Assembly: GCA_965115845.1 (NCBI GenBank)
Contig: OZ220475.1
Coordinates: 1,496,368-1,560,367 of the forward strand
Length of the DNA stretch: 64,000 nucleotides
Direction: 5' to 3'
From: an uncultured Pseudohongiella sp.
GTDB lineage: Bacteria > Pseudomonadota > Gammaproteobacteria > Pseudomonadales > Pseudohongiellaceae
A program made the position numbers and the translations under genes. Within the stretch, counting starts at the first letter, position 1; each line of letters opens with the position of its first letter. The notes below the pieces were generated by a model that saw only the letters and a program-made list of their open reading frames with translations, searched no databases and had not been told where the DNA came from. Of this stretch, positions 58,273 to 64,000 are shown piece after piece.

Positions 58273-59523
58273 TCAGTCCACGTTCCAGCGAAGAAAGGCC
58301 GGAATATCCAGGTAATCCAGATTGGCCGGAGCTTCCTTCGCGGCCTTTTTCGCGATCGCCCGATCCAGGGCGACCGGCGCGGCGGCCCCGGTTTTTTCCG
58401 CGCCCTGGTCGCGAGCCGCCTGCCGCGAGCCCGCGCCTTGCTGTGCGGCCGCGCGCCTTGCCGCGCGCGGCGGCTCCAGCGACTGCTCCTCTTCCCGCAT
58501 CGGTTCCGGCGCGCCGTCATCCTGTTCATTCTGGAACGCCTTGCCCCGCAGCCCGGTGGCGACGAGGGTGACCTGCACCTTGTCGCCGAGTTCGGCGTCG
58601 ACCACCATGCCGGAAATCAGCATGTCCCCGTCGAGGTCGCAGACCTCCCTGGTTACGTCGCCCACCGCGGTCAGGTCGCTGAGGGTCAGATATTCGCCTC
58701 CCGAAACATTGATGAGAATGCCGGCGGCGCTGCTGATATCGATATTTTCCAGCAACGGACTGGAAATGGCCGCGCGCGCGGCGGCGGCGCCGGGATCGGC
58801 GTCTTCCCGCGAGGCGATGCCGGTTCCCATCATGGCCATGCCGCGCTTCGACATGACGGTCTTCACATCGGCGAAATCGACATTGATATGTCCGGGCTTG
58901 GTAATGATATCGGAAATCCCTTTCACCGCGTCCAGCAGGACATCGTTGGCGGCCGCGAAGGCCTTGATGATGGTCGTGTCCGGCGGCAGCACTTCGAGCA
59001 ATTTCGAATTGGGCACGATGATCAGGGAATCCACCTGCCGGGCCAGGTTGAAAACGCCCTTTTCGGCCACGGCGATGCGTTTCTGCTGTTCGAAGGGGAA
59101 CGGCCGATTGACGATGGCCACGGCGAGCACGCCCATGTCCCTGGCCACTTCGGCTATGACCGGCGCGGCGCCGGTGCCGGTGCCCCCGCCCATGCCCGCG
59201 GCGATGAACACCATGTCCGCTCCCTGCAGGATTTCGCGAATCTGTTCGCGGTCTTCCAGCGCCGCGGCGCGGCCCACCTCCGGGTCCGCGCCGGCGCCGA
59301 GACCGCGGGTTATCTTGCTGCCGAGCTGGATCTTGTTGCTTACGCTGAGCAGCCCAAGCGCCTGGGCGTCGGTATTCGCGCAATAGTATTCAATGCCGGT
59401 GACATTCTCGTTGATCATGTGCTCCACCGCATTGCCGCCCGCGCCGCCGACGCCGATAACCTTGATCCTCGCCGCGCGCATCGGATTCTCAAGAATTTCG
59501 AATGTTTCAGTTCTGTCTGCCAT
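58273..59523 (-). CDS. ftsZ: Cell division protein FtsZ
   Basis: Start MADRTETFEILENP at 59523, with AGGAG upstream. IKVIGVGGAGGNAV and GMGGGTGTGAAPVIAE form the tubulin signature. The track ORF extends into the repeat. Confidence 0.95.
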   Translation of the reverse strand: MADRTETFEILENPMRAARIKVIGVGGAGGNAVEHMINENVTGIEYYCANTDAQALGLLSVSNKIQLGSKITRGLGAGADPEVGRAAALEDREQIREILQGADMVFIAAGMGGGTGTGAAPVIAEVARDMGVLAVAIVNRPFPFEQQKRIAVAEKGVFNLARQVDSLIIVPNSKLLEVLPPDTTIIKAFAAANDVLLDAVKGISDIITKPGHINVDFADVKTVMSKRGMAMMGTGIASREDADPGAAAARAAISSPLLENIDISSAAGILINVSGGEYLTLSDLTAVGDVTREVCDLDGDMLISGMVVDAELGDKVQVTLVATGLRGKAFQNEQDDGAPEPMREEEQSLEPPRAARRAAAQQGAGSRQAARDQGAEKTGAAAPVALDRAIAKKAAKEAPANLDYLDIPAFLRWNVD

Positions 59524-59575
59524 TGCTGCACTCCTGACTATAAAACCGCGCACAGGTTGCGCTTCCATATCCTCC

Positions 59576-59764
59576 GAATAATTCCATCCATGGAATTGTT
59601 CATTGCCGCAAGACAAAAGCGTGGTCTTGTCTTGCGCGCGGATGCGACGACTCGCGCCGTCGAATCCGGCGGTGCTCTTTCATACCGCGGGTTCATACCG
59701 CGGGTTCATACCGCGGGTTCGTACCGCGGGCATGCGCCGCGGGGAAGCCCCGACTTGATCTTCC
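59576..59764 (+). repeat. Modular intergenic repeat, full length, with an internal 13-nt unit expanded to four tandem copies
   Basis: GAATAATTCCATCCATGGAATTGTTCattgccgcaagacaaaagcgtggtcttgtcttgc...gccgtcgaatccggcgg...(cataccgcgggtt)x3 cgtaccgcgggca tgcgccgcggggaagccccgacttgatcttccc. Confidence 0.8.
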
Positions 59765-61015
59765 CTACATGAATCGTCCGAAAAACTTGCGCGCGGCGCC
59801 GAAAAAATCGAGCTTCGCCTCTTTTTCTTCTTCCTGCTCCGCCAGGACGCTCCGCTCTTCGAAATCCTTCAGTCCATACAACAACAGTCCGATGCCGGTG
59901 GAGTAGATCGGATTGCTGGTTATATCGGCACGCCCCCTGACATTCTGAGGCTTTCCGACGCGAACGGGCTCGTGAAAAACCTCCTCGGCCAATTCCGCCG
60001 CGCCGCGCATCTTGCTTGATCCCCCGGTCATGACGATGCCCGCCGCGAGCAGGTTTTTCATCCCGCTGCGAACGAGCTCCTGCTGCACCAGGGAGAAAAG
60101 CTCCTCGTACCTGGGCTCGACCACTTCGGCCAGGTTCTGCAGCGACAACTTCCGCGGACCGCGGTCGCCGACGCTGGGGACCTCGATATCCTCTTCCGGG
60201 TCGGCCTGCTGCACCAGGGCGCAGGCATGCCTGATCTTGAGTTCGTCGGCGTTCTGCCGCGGCGTGCGCAAGGCGGTCGCGATATCGCTGGTAACCTGAT
60301 CGCCCGCGACCGGAATGACGCCGGTATATTGCAATGCGTCCTGAGTGAAGATGGCTATGTCCGTGGTGCCGCCGCCGATATCCACCAGGCATACGCCGAG
60401 TTCCCTTTCGTCGGGAGTGAGCACCGCTTCGCTGGAAGCCAATTGCTCCAGCACGAGTTTTTCGATTTCGAGACCGCAGCGCCGGATGCATTTCTCGATA
60501 TTCTGCGTGGCGTTCATGGCGCAAGTGACCAGATGCGCCTTGGCTTCGAGCCGCACTCCGGACATGCCGAGAGGCTCTTTCACGCCGCTCTGGGAGTTGA
60601 TCGTGTATTCCTGGGGCACGATGTGCAGGATGCGCTCGTCCGGCGGAATGGCCACCGCCCGCGCCGAATCGATCACCCGGTCGACATCGGCCCTGGTCAC
60701 TTCGCCGTCGCGCACCGATACCGCGCCGCTCGAATTCATGCTCTTGACATGACTGCCGGCGATGCCGGCATAGACCGAGACGATTTCGTGGCCGGTCTCC
60801 TCCTGCGCCGCATCCACGGCGCGCTGGATCGACAGCACGGTGGATTCGATATCGACGACGACGCCTTTTTTCATGCCGAGCGAGGGGTGGCTGCCCATGC
60901 CGACGACGGTCAATTCGCCCTTTTCGGAAACCTCTCCCACCAGCGCCACCACCTTGGTCGTGCCGATGTCCAGTCCGACGATGATGTTGCCTTTCCTGCC
61001 TGCTGCGTCATTCAT
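59765..61015 (-). CDS. ftsA: Cell division protein FtsA
   Basis: IIVGLDIGTTKVVALVGE...DIGGGTTDIAIF (actin-fold phosphate motifs). Confidence 0.93.
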   Translation of the reverse strand: MNDAAGRKGNIIVGLDIGTTKVVALVGEVSEKGELTVVGMGSHPSLGMKKGVVVDIESTVLSIQRAVDAAQEETGHEIVSVYAGIAGSHVKSMNSSGAVSVRDGEVTRADVDRVIDSARAVAIPPDERILHIVPQEYTINSQSGVKEPLGMSGVRLEAKAHLVTCAMNATQNIEKCIRRCGLEIEKLVLEQLASSEAVLTPDERELGVCLVDIGGGTTDIAIFTQDALQYTGVIPVAGDQVTSDIATALRTPRQNADELKIRHACALVQQADPEEDIEVPSVGDRGPRKLSLQNLAEVVEPRYEELFSLVQQELVRSGMKNLLAAGIVMTGGSSKMRGAAELAEEVFHEPVRVGKPQNVRGRADITSNPIYSTGIGLLLYGLKDFEERSVLAEQEEEKEAKLDFFGAARKFFGRFM

Positions 61016-61030
61016 TTCCGCGTACCCGTA

Positions 61031-61810
61031 TCAGCGCCGCGCGAGACCGGCGCCGGAATCTTCTTCCCGCAATCTGATGCTGAACTGGCTGCCATAGCGC
61101 AAGTCCACCGCCGCATGCCGGCGGCGTTCGCGTTCCGGCAGGCCGCGATAGAAATCGACATAGCGCTGCAGCCGGTCGACCAGGTCTTCGCTGCCCAGCA
61201 CAACCTCGGTTGCGCCATTCAATTGCAGCCGCCAACTGCGCCGCGGACTCGCGCTCAGACCGCTCAGGCGCAGGTCGGCGGGAAAGAGGATCTGGTTCAG
61301 TCGCTGGTACTGCCGCATTACTTCGAAATGCGAGTCCGGCGGGCCGCTCAGGCGCGGCAGCGACGGGTCGATTCCGGCGAAGGTCGGGCTGATCACCGCG
61401 CCGCGCTGGGTGATCAACTGATCCTCGCCCCAACGCGCGATGACGGTTTCCTCGGTCAGCCGCACGCTCAGCGTGTCCGGCCAGCGCCGGCCGACCTCCG
61501 CGGTTTCGACCCACGGCAGGCTCTCGAGCTGCTTGCGCAGCTGATCGAGATCAAGGTCGAAAAATCCTTCTCCGGCGCGGGGCTCCAGCACCGCCTCGAG
61601 TTCTTCCGCCGTCAGATGACGCAATCCGCCCTCGACCGCGACCCGGGCCAGCGGCGGATTGAGCCACGGCTCCAATTCGCTCCAATATCGTTGCGCGAGC
61701 AGGCCGGCGCTCGCGGCCGAGGTCGCCAGCAAAAGCGCCGACAACACGCGGACAAGGGTCGCGCCGCGGCGGACCCGCCGCGCGGCCGTCCTGTCGCCGG
61801 CGCGGCTCAT
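61031..61810 (-). CDS. ftsQ: Cell division protein FtsQ
   Basis: Start [13 protein letters not shown] at 61810 (ATGA overlap with the ddl stop), a TM helix LSALLLATSAASAGLLA, then a POTRA-like region. The ddl-ftsQ-ftsA-ftsZ order supports the call. Confidence 0.85.
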   Translation of the reverse strand: MSRAGDRTAARRVRRGATLVRVLSALLLATSAASAGLLAQRYWSELEPWLNPPLARVAVEGGLRHLTAEELEAVLEPRAGEGFFDLDLDQLRKQLESLPWVETAEVGRRWPDTLSVRLTEETVIARWGEDQLITQRGAVISPTFAGIDPSLPRLSGPPDSHFEVMRQYQRLNQILFPADLRLSGLSASPRRSWRLQLNGATEVVLGSEDLVDRLQRYVDFYRGLPERERRRHAAVDLRYGSQFSIRLREEDSGAGLARR

Positions 61811-62751
61811 GGCCGCGGGGCCTCCGCCTCGCAAGTCAGTATCCGCGCCATGAGATCGTCGTAACTCCTGCCCAGGCGGCGGGCCGCCATGGGAATAATG
61901 CTATGTTCGGTCATGCCCGGCACCGTGTTTACTTCCAGCAGGAAGAGTTTTCCGTCCCGGTCCCGCATCAGGTCCACCCTCGCCAGCCCCCGGCAGCCGA
62001 GGCCGCGATAGGCGGCGCGAGCCAGGCTGCGCAGTTCCCGGTGTCTTGCTTCCGGGAGTTCGGGCGGGCAGATGTATTCGGTTTCCCGATCCTCGTATTT
62101 CGCCCGATAATCGAAAAACAGGCGCCGCGTGCGCAGTTCCACCGCCGGCAGCGTTTCGTCCTGCAATACGCCGACGGAAAACTCCCTGCCCCTTATGTAT
62201 GTCTCGGCCATTACCGGCGAACCGAAAGCCGCCGCGGCCGAAAACCGGCGTTCGAGTTCGGCGGCGGCGCGCGCGATGCCGACCCCCAGGCTGGAGCCGC
62301 CGGAGACCGGCTTCACCACCGCCGGGCCGAGCCGGGCGATCGCCGCGTCCCAATCGGTATCCGCCCGCAGTTCCATGAAGTCCGCGGTGGCGAGGCCGAG
62401 CTGCCGCCAGACGAGCTTGCTCTTGATCTTGTCCATCGCCAATGCCGAAGCGAGCACCCCGCTGCCGCTATACGGCATCCCCATCGTTTCCAGCAGGCCC
62501 TGGATCGAACCGTCTTCGCCGCCGCGGCCATGCAACATGATGAGCGCGAATTCGGCCTGTTCCGCGGCCAGCCGGTCGGCTACGCCCCGGCCCGCGTCGA
62601 TCGCGGCCGCCGGCAAGTTCAAGCGCCGCAGGCTGCTCCAGGCTGCATTGCCGCTGAGCAGGGAGATTTCGCGCTCGGGCGAGTCGCCGCCCATGAGCAC
62701 CGCGATGCGGCCGAGTCCGGTTACGCTGTCCGGAAGCGCCGGCCCGCTCAT
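61807..62751 (-). CDS. ddl: D-alanine--D-alanine ligase
   Basis: Start [34 protein letters not shown] at 62751 (ATGA overlap with the murC stop). ...[15 protein letters not shown]...EVNTVPGMT. Confidence 0.92.
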   Translation of the reverse strand: MSGPALPDSVTGLGRIAVLMGGDSPEREISLLSGNAAWSSLRRLNLPAAAIDAGRGVADRLAAEQAEFALIMLHGRGGEDGSIQGLLETMGMPYSGSGVLASALAMDKIKSKLVWRQLGLATADFMELRADTDWDAAIARLGPAVVKPVSGGSSLGVGIARAAAELERRFSAAAAFGSPVMAETYIRGREFSVGVLQDETLPAVELRTRRLFFDYRAKYEDRETEYICPPELPEARHRELRSLARAAYRGLGCRGLARVDLMRDRDGKLFLLEVNTVPGMTEHSIIPMAARRLGRSYDDLMARILTCEAEAPRP

Positions 62752-64000
62752 CGTCCGCTCGCTCCATCGCCGCGGACAAAACCCTTGTCCGCCAGTTCCC
62801 GCGCCAGCGCGCCGACATTGCCGGCCCCCTGGGTGAGCACGATATCGCCGGGCCGCAACAGGCCGCGGAGAATTTCGCGCAATTGACCGTCTTCGTCCAC
62901 GCGAATCGGATCGATCTTGCCGCGCTGCCTGATCGAACCGCATAGCGAATGCGAATCGGCGCCCGGCAGCGGCTTTTCGCCGGCGCCATAGACTTCGAGC
63001 AGCAAGAGCAGATCGACGCCCGACAACACCTTGACGAAGTCCTCGTACATGTCGCGCGTGCGGCTGTAGCGATGGGGCTGGAACACCATCACCAGGCGGC
63101 GGTCGGGCCAGCCCGTCCGCACGGCGGCGATGGTCGCCCCGAGTTCGGTGGGATGATGACCGTAATCGTCGATCAGGCTCACGGCCCCGCCGGGCACCGC
63201 GAACTCGCCGAGTTGCTGAAAGCGGCGGCCGACGCCGGAGAAACCCGCGATGCCGGAGCAGATGTCGGCGTCGGCCACGCCTTCATCGCTGGCGACCGCC
63301 ACCGCGGCGGCCGCGTTCAGGGCATTGTGGCGACCCGGAATCCGCAACTCCAGGGACAGGGGCTCGAGTCCGTCGGGACGGCTGATATCGAATTCGATCC
63401 GGTTTCGATCCTGCTCCAGCCGGGTAATGCGGTAATCCGCCCGCTCGCCGAAGCCGTAAGTGATCGTCGGTCGGGAAATCCGCGGCAAGATGTCGCGCAC
63501 CGCGGGATCGTCGATGCAAAGCACGGCCAGACCGTGAAAAGGCAGGTTGTGCAGGAACTCGACGAAATATTGCTTCAGGTTTTCGAAATCGCCGCCATAG
63601 GTGGCCATGTGGTCGGGCTCGATGTTGGTCACAACCGCCACCAGCGGTTGCAAATGCAGGAAAGAGGCGTCGCTCTCGTCGGCTTCGGCGACGAGGTAGC
63701 GGCTTTCTCCGAGGCGGGCATTGCTTTCGGCGCTGTTCAGGACGCCGCCGATGATAAAGGTGGGATCCAGTCCGCCCGCGGCGAATACCGAAGCCACCAG
63801 GCTGGTGGTCGTGGTCTTGCCGTGCGTTCCCGCGACCGCGACGGCGTGGCGGTAGCGCATCAGCTCGGCCAGCATTTCCGCCCTGGGGATCAGGGGTTTG
63901 CCGGCCCGTTCCGCCGCCCGCAATTCGACATTGTCATTCGGCACGGCGGAGGAATAGACCACTACGTCGGCGGCATCGGCATTGGCGGCGGCGTGCCCGG
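62748..64000 (-). CDS. murC: UDP-N-acetylmuramate--L-alanine ligase (C-terminal ~415 aa; N-terminus beyond window end)
   Basis: [18 protein letters not shown] (P-loop) and DDYGHHPTE. The frame stays open through position 64000. Confidence 0.92.
   Translation of the reverse strand, partial: GHAAANADAADVVVYSSAVPNDNVELRAAERAGKPLIPRAEMLAELMRYRHAVAVAGTHGKTTTTSLVASVFAAGGLDPTFIIGGVLNSAESNARLGESRYLVAEADESDASFLHLQPLVAVVTNIEPDHMATYGGDFENLKQYFVEFLHNLPFHGLAVLCIDDPAVRDILPRISRPTITYGFGERADYRITRLEQDRNRIEFDISRPDGLEPLSLELRIPGRHNALNAAAAVAVASDEGVADADICSGIAGFSGVGRRFQQLGEFAVPGGAVSLIDDYGHHPTELGATIAAVRTGWPDRRLVMVFQPHRYSRTRDMYEDFVKVLSGVDLLLLLEVYGAGEKPLPGADSHSLCGSIRQRGKIDPIRVDEDGQLREILRGLLRPGDIVLTQGAGNVGALARELADKGFVRGDGASGR

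Noticed and set aside
59681-59732. Possible CRISPR-like or spacer-containing array because of regularly repeated 13-mers
   Set aside because: The units are directly tandem with no spacers, there are only four copies, and they lie inside a known repeat element. No cas genes are in the window.

Overview
GC-rich chromosomal segment with gammaproteobacterial-type synteny; no organism is assigned. I read about 50 protein genes, most of them housekeeping.

Gene content, in window order:
- 1-11089 (minus): a translationally coupled MoxR/VWA 'Bat-like' operon.
- 11357-20345: GST, mltD, secDF-yajC, tgt and prfC.
- 20752-21912: an acyl-CoA dehydrogenase.
- 22036-34077: two large paralogous RTX/S-layer-like genes, separated by a hisC-like gene, a small membrane protein gene and a holD-like gene.
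- 34176-39000: a lone molybdopterin oxidoreductase subunit and a DUF898/M48 pair.
- 39339-41206: a ParB-like remnant plus an orphan DNA methyltransferase.
- 41450-46441: a retropepsin-like protease, nadC, norCB with two c-type cytochromes.
- 46864-64000: pilABCD-coaE-yacG, a mutT fusion, argJ, secA, lpxC and ftsZAQ-ddl-murC.
- No rRNA, tRNA or CRISPR array was seen.

Two things are not ordinary.

1. Predicted invertible switches on the S-layer-like genes.
- Each ~1100-aa gene (22036-25389 and 30053-33349, both minus) is preceded by a ~630-bp segment bracketed by 15-16-nt perfect inverted repeats.
- The gene-proximal arm forms the first codons of the gene.
- A CRP-type palindrome, a -10 box, a strong Shine-Dalgarno and an ATG sit at the far end of the segment and point away from the gene.
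- In the orientation shown, each gene has only a TTG start with no SD.
- Flipping the segment would fuse promoter, SD and ATG in frame to the gene.
- The arms co-vary between the two loci.
- I read these as phase-variable invertons, both captured in the OFF orientation. No recombinase gene is in the window.

2. A modular repeat family.
- It is built from four hairpin modules and occupies at least 14 intergenic sites.
- It seeds spurious ORFs that begin MELFIAARQKRG.

The many long ORFs antisense to recognisable genes are GC-rich shadow frames and are not reported.
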